From Candidatus Magasanikbacteria bacterium CG1_02_41_34 (GTDB lineage: Bacteria > Patescibacteriota > Patescibacteriia > Magasanikbacterales > UBA922): a stretch of DNA of 46,564 bases. The stretch is taken from contig MNVD01000016.1 of assembly GCA_001871445.1 (NCBI GenBank), forward strand, positions 1 to 46,564. The letters run 5' to 3'. The position numbers and the translations under genes were made by a program. Each line of letters opens with the position of its first letter. Position 1 is the stretch's first letter. Below the pieces are notes generated by a model that saw only the letters and a program-made list of their open reading frames with translations, was not told the DNA's origin and did no database searches. Of the stretch, positions 1-8,373 are shown in pieces.

Positions 1-1090
1 TAGCATTGTATCCCCAGGCATAGACCGTGCCATCAGATTTGAGAGCGTAGCTAGTATAACCACCACCAGCAATGGCCGTAATACCACTTAGACCAGATAC
101 TTGCACCGGGGTGGTTTTTGGGGTTGCTGTTGTTCCATCACCTACTTGCCCGAAATAATTGTATCCCCAGGCATAGACCGTGCCATCAGATTTGAGTGCG
201 TAGCCAGTAAGAGCACCACCAACAATGGCCGTAATATCACTTAGACCAGATACTTGCACCGGGGTGGTTTTATCTGCTGTTGTTCCGTCGCCTACTTGCC
301 CATAATGATTGTATCCCCAGGCATAGAAGACCGTGCCATCAGATTTGAGTGCGTAGCCAGTATAATTACCACCAGCCAACTGTGCCGGATGACTAAGAGG
401 ACTACTCAACCAGACTGAGGCTGTTGTGCCAGTCCCGTTTACCGTCGTGCTTACAGTCGTCCCTGCTCCAAAATCTCCATCACTCGTCTCACTCGCCGAA
501 AGAGCTTGTACTGTCAGACTCACGGTTGCGCCAGCTGAAATAGTACTAGAAGCGCTCTCATAATACGTCCACCCTGTCTTGTCTCCAGGATGTAATCCTG
601 TAGCTGTGGTAGATGCACTGCCGGACCAGCTGGACTGGGTAAAATTGTAGGTGGCGGCGAGAACTGGTGTTGAGTTTTTGTAAAACACCGTAACACCAAA
701 CTGGACAATGAAAAAAAGAAATACCAGTTGCGATAGCATGGCGATACGGAGGGGGCGGAATTCTCGACTCATCAGTCCTCGCCACATGGTCTTTAGATTT
801 GTCCAGACATTTACTTCTCCTTTCATGTATGCCGGTACGAGCAACGAAAAAAACCAGATTGGGAACATGAAGAAGTTTTTGGCGTAGTACCAAATGATCT
901 GGTTGCGTAAGTAGGACAACCGTTTCTTGTCTGTCTTCTGTTTCTCGTCTGTTTTCAGACTTCGATACGAACTAAAAAAGCCATGCCAGATCCAGTAATT
1001 ATCTCCATGTTGAAGCACTGACGCACTGTCAGGGGAAGAAGAGTGAATTGTCTTTTTGAAAGATGTGTTGGTTTGTTTGCGGAGAAACAT
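1..1090 (-). CDS. RCC1-repeat membrane-anchored/surface protein, 3' end runs off the window (partial)
   Basis: Hand translation gives an open frame from ATG 1090 to the edge: MFLRKQTN...hydrophobic LSQLVFLFFIVQFGVTVF...Ser/Thr-rich linker, then repeats of GYALKSDGTVYAWGYNxxGQVGDGTT..KTTPVQVSGL. Absent from the ORF track because no stop lies in the window. Confidence 0.85.
   Translation of the reverse strand, partial: MFLRKQTNTSFKKTIHSSSPDSASVLQHGDNYWIWHGFFSSYRSLKTDEKQKTDKKRLSYLRNQIIWYYAKNFFMFPIWFFSLLVPAYMKGEVNVWTNLKTMWRGLMSREFRPLRIAMLSQLVFLFFIVQFGVTVFYKNSTPVLAATYNFTQSSWSGSASTTATGLHPGDKTGWTYYESASSTISAGATVSLTVQALSASETSDGDFGAGTTVSTTVNGTGTTASVWLSSPLSHPAQLAGGNYTGYALKSDGTVFYAWGYNHYGQVGDGTTADKTTPVQVSGLSDITAIVGGALTGYALKSDGTVYAWGYNYFGQVGDGTTATPKTTPVQVSGLSGITAIAGGGYTSYALKSDGTVYAWGYNA
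5..370 (-). repeat. Near-identical tandem coding repeats (RCC1 blades, period 150-153 nt)
   Basis: ATTGTATCCCCAGGCATAGA recurs at 5, 158 and 308 with high DNA identity between units. Confidence 0.9.
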
Positions 1091-1140
1091 ACCGTGCAGT
1101 GTTCACAGGTATTATGGGCGTAGTATAGCATGTTTTTCAC

Positions 1141-1178
1141 GAAACATATAGCACATAACACGTAACATAGCACGAAAC
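1141..1178. repeat. Degenerate heptamer array (TGTTACG/TGCTATG type on minus strand)
   Basis: Minus strand reads tgcta-tgttacg-tgttatg-tgctata-tgtttcg; same unit family as 38556-38583. Confidence 0.6.
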
Positions 1179-1221
1179 AAAGTGGATAAAAAAGCTAGAA
1201 AACAAAAACCTCTCCCTCAAC

Positions 1222-1352
1222 ACGTCATCTCGACCGAAGTGAGCGAGGTATGAACGAACGGAGTGGAGAGATCTCGCTGGTGCATGAGAATCTGATACGA
1301 CACGAGATCCTTCGACTCCAGACTCTCTATAGACTTTCGCTCAGGATGACGT
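1222..1352. repeat. REP/MITE-like palindromic element with nested inverted repeats
   Basis: Terminal IR ACGTCATC(1222-1229)/GATGACGT(1345-1352), extended imperfectly by TCGACCGAAG/CTTTCGCTCAG; inner imperfect IR GGAGTGGAGAGATCTCG/CGAGATCCTTCGACTCC. Confidence 0.75.
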
Positions 1353-1380
1353 ACTTCCCCTTGTTTGTCTTGCAAACGAC

Positions 1381-1410
1381 CCCCTCCAACTCCCCCTCAT
1401 AGGGGGAAAG
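1381..1410. repeat. Small REP-like hairpin
   Basis: TCCCCCT-CAT-AGGGGGA stem (1391-1407) preceded by CCCCTCCAAC, just downstream of yraN. Confidence 0.5.
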
Positions 1411-1434
1411 AATGATTGTTTTTTGCTTTTTCAA

Positions 1435-1815
1435 CTACACCGGTATCTCATAGTGCCTCACATCTCTCAATCCCTTTGGCGAACCGTACACACTCACGTG
1501 TTCAAATTGTATAGCTGTTGTCTCCCGCTGTATATTATTCCGCAGACAATATGCAATAGCCGCCTGTTTCATACGGCCAAGCTTCTCTGCGCCAGTAGCC
1601 CGCTCCGCACTTCCGTCTTCTCCTCCTCGTGTTTTCACCTCTACAAAACACAATGTTTTCCCAAAATAGGGCTTGTTGTGCCACGCAATAATATCTATTT
1701 CTCCTTCACGCGTTTCAAAATTTCTATCAGCTATTTCATACCCTTTCTCTTTCAACATCCTGACGGCCACTTCTTCTCCCCATGCACCTATCTTTTGTTT
1801 GTCGGTTTGTGACAT
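1435..1815 (-). CDS. yraN: YraN (UPF0102) family PD-(D/E)xK endonuclease
   Basis: GAWGEEVA..L..KGYEIADRNF....GEIDIIA...LCFVEVKTR motifs; likely start MSQTDK at 1815. Confidence 0.9.
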   Translation of the reverse strand: MSQTDKQKIGAWGEEVAVRMLKEKGYEIADRNFETREGEIDIIAWHNKPYFGKTLCFVEVKTRGGEDGSAERATGAEKLGRMKQAAIAYCLRNNIQRETTAIQFEHVSVYGSPKGLRDVRHYEIPV

Positions 1816-1850
1816 ATAACAAAAAATCCAGAAATTAATAAATCTAGAAA

Positions 1851-2208
1851 TCAACCGTGTTCTTTTATGTTTTGTATTTCTTTCCAAAACATCGCTCCGA
1901 TACCATCTGCTAATGTAAACATTTTTTTGTACTCTTCTTCTGATAATAATTTTTCAACATATATAAAATGAAGAAGGTACTTTGTTTCTTGAAGTGAAGC
2001 GTAGGATATATCTAAAAAAATAATGTCGTGAATTGTTTCTTGCACGCGCATACCCCTCTATATAATTGAGCACCACGGATAAGGATGCTCGGTTTATTTG
2101 AGATGTCATCCCATATTTTTCTGCTTTGGGGAAATTTTTTGTTTCACGGTATACTCCATGTGCCAAGGTGTTCATCTTTTGTTTAAGCCCCTCCTGATAC
2201 TCGTTCAT
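1851..2208 (-). pseudogene. Four-helix-bundle protein (23S rRNA IVS-protein family), split by a single-base frameshift
   Basis: ORF 1954-2208 (FPKAEKYGMTSQINRASLSVVLNYIEGYAR) and ORF 1851-2051 (FLDISYASLQETKYLL) are the two halves; removing one base of the A7 run at 2014-2020 gives a 118-aa frame (358 nt = 357+1). Confidence 0.8.
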
Positions 2209-2238
2209 ATTGTTTTCTTGTTTTTTTGATTTCTTACT

Positions 2239-2790
2239 TTATTCATTTTTATACAACACCATCCCTTGATGAAACCGCCCTACGTCAAATACTTCCTGTA
2301 CAACAAATCCATGCTCACGAGCCCACTGTTCTATATCTTGAAAATTTATAAACTGTTCATCTTTCGGCCCAAAGACCAATCCTTTTTTGATCCAGTCAAC
2401 TACAATCAATCGTGCTTTATCTTTGAGCAAACGGTTCACTTCTTCGAGTACTAGATGTCGCTCCTTGACATGCACGAGAATATTTACAAGGAATGCGACA
2501 TCTAGACTATGCTTTGGAATGGCAGTATGTCCTTCTTTTTCTATATCAGACCACACACTGTGCACATTCAAAAGACTAATACTCTTGGCACGTTGTTCTA
2601 TTTGCTGCAATACATTCTTCAAAATATCTACCGCATACATAATACCCCGATCGCCCAATATTTTTGCACACGGAAAGACGATATGCCCAGTCTGCCCACA
2701 ACCAAAATCAGCCACATGCATGCCAGGCTGGATCTGTGCTTTTTCAAACAAGATACGTGGATCTACCATTTGATTACCACTGTGATACAT
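2239..2790 (-). CDS. Class I SAM-dependent methyltransferase
   Basis: VADFGCGQTG motif I, YAVDI acidic motif II, DVAFLVNIL. Confidence 0.85.
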   Translation of the reverse strand: MYHSGNQMVDPRILFEKAQIQPGMHVADFGCGQTGHIVFPCAKILGDRGIMYAVDILKNVLQQIEQRAKSISLLNVHSVWSDIEKEGHTAIPKHSLDVAFLVNILVHVKERHLVLEEVNRLLKDKARLIVVDWIKKGLVFGPKDEQFINFQDIEQWAREHGFVVQEVFDVGRFHQGMVLYKNE

Positions 2791-2814
2791 ACTTATTCTA
2801 ATCTACGAATGAAA

Positions 2815-3066
2815 TTATCCTGCAAACCCTGTAAATAATTTTCCAAAAATACCAAGCAAAATATTATCCATAAGTCCTGCCAAGGAAAGAAGCGAAAAAA
2901 GAATAATAGCAAGACCAATCAACTTGTATAGAAGTCGCGAACCACCACTTGAGCCCATGTGCTGTTCAGCCCACTCGGCAGACCCAAAATTTTGGACAAT
3001 CCACTCTGACTTTGCCACGATAATAGCACCAGCAACAACACCGAGAATCCCAAAAACAATATTCAT
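2815..3066 (-). CDS. Small two-TM membrane protein, function unknown
   Basis: 83 aa, two hydrophobic segments, fills the gap in the operon without overlap. Confidence 0.7.
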   Translation of the reverse strand: MNIVFGILGVVAGAIIVAKSEWIVQNFGSAEWAEQHMGSSGGSRLLYKLIGLAIILFSLLSLAGLMDNILLGIFGKLFTGFAG

Positions 3067-3078
3067 AGCATGTGTTTA

Positions 3079-3747
3079 TTATAATACATAATGCACCGTC
3101 ACATCTGCGTGTGATTGCAAGATATGCACAGGAAAAGCATCACTCAGTTTTATAGGATGTCGCAATTCTTCATAGATGGGTCTTTTTTCTTCCCCTTGTA
3201 AGAGTATCAGAATCTGCTTTGCTTGCATAATTACTTTTGGACCAAGTGTCAATCTGTCATGTACAAAATGATGCATTGTCGTTGTATACATGACCGTATG
3301 TTCCATATCATTCAGCTGTGGTGAATATGGAAAGAGCGATGCGATATGACCATCCACTCCAACACCCAATACCACGAGATCAAATACTAACTCTGGTACT
3401 CGCGAAAGCACATGGCGATATTCGAGAAGTGCCGTACTTATAGGCTGTGTAGTATCAAAAAAATACATGCCCGCCCACTCACCTTCATGTTTCTTGCCAA
3501 GATTTTTATATATCATGCATGCATTTGCATCGGGATGATGTAATGGTACATATCGCTCATCCACTTGGTACAAAAATATTTTGGAAGGATCTTTTATTTT
3601 TTTTCCAAATTGTTCATACACGGGCACAGGCGTTTTGCCTCCGGCAAGTGCAAGATATCGATACTCCTCACTATCTACCACTCGAAGCATATGGACGACA
3701 CTCTCGCTGACAAATTCTTCTTGCGTATCAAAGGTACGAAATATCAT
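3079..3747 (-). CDS. pgl: 6-phosphogluconolactonase
   Basis: LAGGKTP, VDERYVP, DLVVLGVGVDGHIASLFP motifs; adjacent to zwf. Confidence 0.9.
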   Translation of the reverse strand: MIFRTFDTQEEFVSESVVHMLRVVDSEEYRYLALAGGKTPVPVYEQFGKKIKDPSKIFLYQVDERYVPLHHPDANACMIYKNLGKKHEGEWAGMYFFDTTQPISTALLEYRHVLSRVPELVFDLVVLGVGVDGHIASLFPYSPQLNDMEHTVMYTTTMHHFVHDRLTLGPKVIMQAKQILILLQGEEKRPIYEELRHPIKLSDAFPVHILQSHADVTVHYVL

Positions 3748-3770
3748 AAGACATCAACATTTGAAGGAAC

Positions 3771-5207
3771 TCACGAACGTGAGTGGACATCATACCAAGA
3801 ATAGCCATCCATACTTGTCAATCCATGTTGTGTTCGTGGGCCAGTACTCCCCTGTTCATAGGATTCGAGTCGTACTTTTTGTTTTCGCATGGTTTCATGA
3901 ATATCATCTACCACATGCCATGCCGCAAGTACTTCTGCAAAACTCACAAAATGCATATGGTTGCCGTGAAGTATATCAAGTAAGAGGGTGGCATGTTCTG
4001 ACAGACACCCATCCATATCACACGCAATCGAATCAGACGTTGTGAGTTGTTGGTAGCTTTGAAGATCTTCTTGTTTATTCATGAGCGTGACACTCACTTT
4101 TTCATCTGGAGCAAGATCAAAAATAAGTCTGTTTGGCTCTTCACTGTTGTCTTGAAATATAAACTTCTTTAATTCAACTACGACATAGGTGTGCGATTCG
4201 TGCAATTTTTTTCCGGTACGAATATACACAGGGACATTGTACCAGTCTTCTCTATTCAAAAAGAGACGGACCGCTGCAAACGTCTCTGTACGAGAACTTT
4301 TTAGGACTCCATGTTCTTTTTTGTATCCTCTATACTGTCCGACAACGACATTGTCATCAGTCGCACCGCACCCAGACGCTGAAATAACAGAAAGACGTTC
4401 TCGCTGAAGACTGTTTGCTGTTTTTGCAACAGGAATATCCATGGTGACAAGTGCAAGCATTTGGAGCAAATGCGACTGGATCATATCTCTCACAATACCA
4501 ACGGCATCAAAATACCCGGCCCGTTCTTCGACTCCTTTTGTTTCAAATTTTGTAATCTGAATATTTGAAATTTCTACTCCTTGCATCATGTGCGAAAGTA
4601 CACGATTACCATGACGAAGATTAAGCATACTGCGCACGACATTTTTTCCAAGATAATGATCGAGGAGAAACAGTTGATCTTCTCGAAAATATTGGGAAAC
4701 GAAATGAAAAAGTTCTGTTGCAGAGGCGCTACTCGTACCAAATGGTTTTTCGAGAATCAGACGGATATCTTCCCGTTTTGACGTGCGTGAAAGCGCAAGA
4801 TTTCGAATAATATCTTGAAATGCACTTGGTGGAACAGAAAAATATGCGAGGTGCGCAACACGTTGTTTTTTTCCATACAACATTCGAAAAAACGCATGGT
4901 ATTTTTCGAAATCAACAAGATCATTGTACTGCCCAGGGAAATAATGCACATGCGTCAACAATTCTGAAAGCACTTTTCTTACCGTTGCCTTGCCATATTT
5001 TTTGACAATGGCATCTGTCACTTCGGCATGAAATTCTTTTTTTGTCATCTTCGTCCGTGCATATCCAACAATCCAAAAATCTTTTGGCATGCGTCCATGT
5101 TCGAGCATTTCATAGAGAGCGGGGAAAATCTTCAGCTTTGCCAACTCACCAGACGCACCAAAAATGGTCAAAACAAATGGCTGTGTTGTATTTTTTTTGA
5201 CAGACAT
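3771..5207 (-). CDS. zwf: Glucose-6-phosphate 1-dehydrogenase
   Basis: IFGASGELA, LEKPFG, DHYLGK, RDMIQSHLLQ, YIRTGK. Confidence 0.95.
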   Translation of the reverse strand: MSVKKNTTQPFVLTIFGASGELAKLKIFPALYEMLEHGRMPKDFWIVGYARTKMTKKEFHAEVTDAIVKKYGKATVRKVLSELLTHVHYFPGQYNDLVDFEKYHAFFRMLYGKKQRVAHLAYFSVPPSAFQDIIRNLALSRTSKREDIRLILEKPFGTSSASATELFHFVSQYFREDQLFLLDHYLGKNVVRSMLNLRHGNRVLSHMMQGVEISNIQITKFETKGVEERAGYFDAVGIVRDMIQSHLLQMLALVTMDIPVAKTANSLQRERLSVISASGCGATDDNVVVGQYRGYKKEHGVLKSSRTETFAAVRLFLNREDWYNVPVYIRTGKKLHESHTYVVVELKKFIFQDNSEEPNRLIFDLAPDEKVSVTLMNKQEDLQSYQQLTTSDSIACDMDGCLSEHATLLLDILHGNHMHFVSFAEVLAAWHVVDDIHETMRKQKVRLESYEQGSTGPRTQHGLTSMDGYSWYDVHSRS

Positions 5208-5375
5208 GCAATAAAATTCAAAAACACTAATTTTCAGAAAACACTAATGCTTTCGCAGTAATACTTTAAGTATAGCAAACTTTTTTGGTTTTCTCTATCA
5301 AGAAAGCCGATGCTTGGTAAAAAAGATACCGATCCCTATGTTATCGGGACAGCATGACAGTACAAAGTGTATTGT

Positions 5376-6803
5376 TTATTCTTCTTGAGATTCCCAATCA
5401 GTATGAAACGTGCCAGGCTGATCAATACGTTCATACGTATGTGCACCAAAATAATCTCGAAGGCCTTGAATAAAATTGGCAGGAAGCCTATCTTCTATCA
5501 TTGATTCAAAATATGAAAGTGCTGAGGCAAACGCAGGATTTGGAATACCCGCATCGGCAGTAAACGCAACAAGCGAACGAAGTGCTGGTGTATGTTTTTT
5601 CATAATTGCCACAATCGTTGGTACCGCAAACACATGCGTATCACTCTTCTTGTGAGAGCTATACGCAACGTGCAACATATTCAACATCTTTGACCGAATG
5701 ATACAGCCCCCTTCCCAAATACGAGAGACTTCTGCCATATCGATATTCCATTTTTCTTCTGCAGACGTTGTTTGGATCAAATCGTAGCCTTGGGCGAATA
5801 CGGAGATGGTTGAGGCATAAAACGCATCTTCAAGTGTACGAATAAATCGTGTTTTAGACACTTTACTTTTTTTATACCAAGTGTTATATATTTTTCCGAG
5901 AGCTACTCGTTCTTTTTTTTGTGTAGAAGTATACCGAGCAAACACGGCTTCTGTAATTGTCGGTATGGCAACGCCTCTATCGAGCGCATCGATCGATGCC
6001 CACTTTCCTGTTCCTTTGTTGCTTGCCTTGTCGAGAATGTGATAAATAAGACACTTGTCTTCACCAGGATTGCACCCCTCTTTTAGTACCGGCACAGCAA
6101 TCTCCATAAGAAACGAAGAAAGTTTTCCTTTGTTGAATGTATGAAATACTTCTCCAATTTCAGGTGCTGACATATCAAAAACAGTATGCAACGTCTGATA
6201 CATTTCAGCCATCAGCTGCATGATGCCGTATTCAATACCATTGTGTACCATCTTCACATAGTGTCCTGCCCCACCATCGCCAATATACGTCACGCATGGT
6301 TTTCCACTGAAATCTTTTGCAGCGATAGCTTCGAATATTTTTTTTATTGATGCATACGCTTTTTTACTTCCTCCTGGCATGAGGCTGGGTCCATTTAGGG
6401 CTCCCGCTTCTCCACCAGACACTCCTGTGCCTATAAAAAAAATACCTCGTTTTTTTAAAGTCTCTGTTCGTCTCTCCGTATCACGATAAAAAGAATTCCC
6501 ACCATCAATAATAATGTCACCCTTATCGAGGTGTGCAAGAAGTCCATTGATTACCAAATCAACAGGTTTTCCATCCTTAATCATGAGCATAATTTTTCTC
6601 GGACGCTGGATGGAACGAACAAAGCTACTAGCTTGTTCAAATCCCAAAAAATCACCTTCATGTTCTTTCAAAAAAGTTTTTGTAACACTATGCGTTCGAT
6701 TGTACACGGACACACGAAATCCGTGATGCTCCATGTTTTGTACAAGTGCTTGGCCCATAGGTCCAAGACCAATGAGACCAACATCTGACAGGCGTTGTTT
6801 CAT
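5376..6803 (-). CDS. gnd: NADP-dependent 6-phosphogluconate dehydrogenase (decarboxylating)
   Basis: IGLGPMG, DGGNS, GVSGGEAGA, KMVHNGIEYG, LRDYFGAHTY; ATG at 6803 preferred over upstream TTG. Confidence 0.96.
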   Translation of the reverse strand: MKQRLSDVGLIGLGPMGQALVQNMEHHGFRVSVYNRTHSVTKTFLKEHEGDFLGFEQASSFVRSIQRPRKIMLMIKDGKPVDLVINGLLAHLDKGDIIIDGGNSFYRDTERRTETLKKRGIFFIGTGVSGGEAGALNGPSLMPGGSKKAYASIKKIFEAIAAKDFSGKPCVTYIGDGGAGHYVKMVHNGIEYGIMQLMAEMYQTLHTVFDMSAPEIGEVFHTFNKGKLSSFLMEIAVPVLKEGCNPGEDKCLIYHILDKASNKGTGKWASIDALDRGVAIPTITEAVFARYTSTQKKERVALGKIYNTWYKKSKVSKTRFIRTLEDAFYASTISVFAQGYDLIQTTSAEEKWNIDMAEVSRIWEGGCIIRSKMLNMLHVAYSSHKKSDTHVFAVPTIVAIMKKHTPALRSLVAFTADAGIPNPAFASALSYFESMIEDRLPANFIQGLRDYFGAHTYERIDQPGTFHTDWESQEE

Positions 6804-6824
6804 AGTGACAGGCAAGGAAGGAAA

Positions 6825-7796
6825 TTATAATGCAATCATTTTTTTGAATTCTTCTACCATAGGGACTTGTTCTGACTCAAGACCATACAATGCAGCTGTA
6901 TGCACTGCAGTCCAATCTGCTAATAACAGTGATCGAAACATCTTTTCAAGTCGAGTTTTTCCTTCAAGTGGAATTCGAGTAACGGACATCCCACGCTGTG
7001 TGTAAAGCGCCTCCAAGACATCCATTCGTTTTTGGACTTTTGGATGATCATCATCGTCTTCGAGAAGTACCACATGAAATGGCGCCGTGAGATGCTGTAT
7101 TGAAGGAACAACGTCAAACCCAGTCATTTCATTATGATTTAACTCCGGAAATACATTATAAAATGCTGGGATTTTCCCTGTTTCATTTAATTTAATCTTC
7201 CAATTCCACGCAACAGTTTCATTTGCTCGTGAAGAATATATGAGTGGCACATGATCTTTCATCGCTGCAGCCAAGTCTGTACCAGATTGTTCTATCTCTG
7301 CGGGATTGATGATAAACGCGAGGGATTGTGTTTCCTTGAGCAAATCATCTTTTCTCGTAAGTGCTAATAATGCGAGAAAACTAAAAGCAAGAGCACTGCG
7401 TGGCTGAATTCCTGTATCTGGTAATGCCACATATGGCACACCATCAGCTTTTGCCATTTCAAGCAATTTTCCTCCTACAGCAATAGCAGCAAGGGACAAT
7501 CCTTTTCCTTTTGCTAGTTCATATGCCTCAATAACTTCTTCTGTATTTCCTGAATAAGAACTTGCAATGAATAAACTTTGTTGTTCTTTTTTTGAAGAAA
7601 CAACAGGAAGGCCATAATCTCTATGTATCGTAATATCACAATGTGGATCAACTGCAAGAAGTAAATCAGCATTGAGGTGAGAACCACCCATGCCAATAAG
7701 CACAAAAGAATCGGTAATTTTTAAATTCTCCTGATGTTCTACAACAGGATGAAAGTCGAATTGTTTCGAAAAAGCTAAAATGGCATCTCGCATCAT
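6825..7796 (-). CDS. Bifunctional phosphoglucose/phosphomannose isomerase (SIS domain, PGI/PMI type)
   Basis: GMGGS, SSYSGNTEE, QPR, WKIKLNETGK, PELNHNE motifs. Confidence 0.9.
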   Translation of the reverse strand: MMRDAILAFSKQFDFHPVVEHQENLKITDSFVLIGMGGSHLNADLLLAVDPHCDITIHRDYGLPVVSSKKEQQSLFIASSYSGNTEEVIEAYELAKGKGLSLAAIAVGGKLLEMAKADGVPYVALPDTGIQPRSALAFSFLALLALTRKDDLLKETQSLAFIINPAEIEQSGTDLAAAMKDHVPLIYSSRANETVAWNWKIKLNETGKIPAFYNVFPELNHNEMTGFDVVPSIQHLTAPFHVVLLEDDDDHPKVQKRMDVLEALYTQRGMSVTRIPLEGKTRLEKMFRSLLLADWTAVHTAALYGLESEQVPMVEEFKKMIAL

Positions 7797-7821
7797 ACAA
7801 AAACAAAATAATTATAATCTG

Positions 7822-8067
7822 TTACAATGTTGTGAGCTTCCCTTCTTTATGAAATTTCATGAGATCATCATACCCACCAATCAATGTATCTCCATTCATA
7901 ATGATTGGTACAGTCATATGTCCTGTCTTTGCGACCATCTCATCACGAATCTCTGGATTTGCAAGAACATCAACTTCTGCATACGGAATACTGAGTGAAT
8001 CAAGAAGCTGTTTTGCTTGGCGGCAAAAACCACAGACAGGTGTGGTGTAGAGAGTAAGGTTTGCCAT
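7822..8067 (-). CDS. Glutaredoxin (GrxC-like)
   Basis: CGFC active site, TVP, IGGYDDL. Confidence 0.92.
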   Translation of the reverse strand: MANLTLYTTPVCGFCRQAKQLLDSLSIPYAEVDVLANPEIRDEMVAKTGHMTVPIIMNGDTLIGGYDDLMKFHKEGKLTTL

Positions 8068-8373
8068 AACATACAAAACAAATGGGTAAAGATACGTCTA
8101 GTATAACAGAAAATATCTTCTTGTACATCTAGTGTAACCCTACATACATCAAGGTTAACGAAAATAAAACAACGCCCAACGGCGTGCTACAAGCATCAAC
8201 GACACAGTCGTTCATACCAATAGTGGATGTTGGGCGCTGCTTGTGACAGATTCATAAAAAACGTAATCCGTCACCCCACACAAAAATTGTTATATAGTTC
8301 TGCGCGAACTATGCCTCAATACAAGCTGTGTAGTGCTTGGAGGTCTTGTACATATGATATCAAAATGCTCGCC

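Noticed and set aside
5-370. Regular repeats as a CRISPR array or DGR template/variable repeats
   Set aside because: They are in-frame 50-51-aa RCC1 units without unique spacers, and no cas or reverse transcriptase gene is in the window.
520-1173. Track ORFs 520-708, 558-893 and 955-1173
   Set aside because: Alternative-frame shadows of the RCC1 gene (1-1090).
5221-5248. Direct repeat AAAACACTAAT x2 upstream of zwf as an operator
   Set aside because: AT-rich 11-mer seen only here, with no regulator in view; too weak to call.
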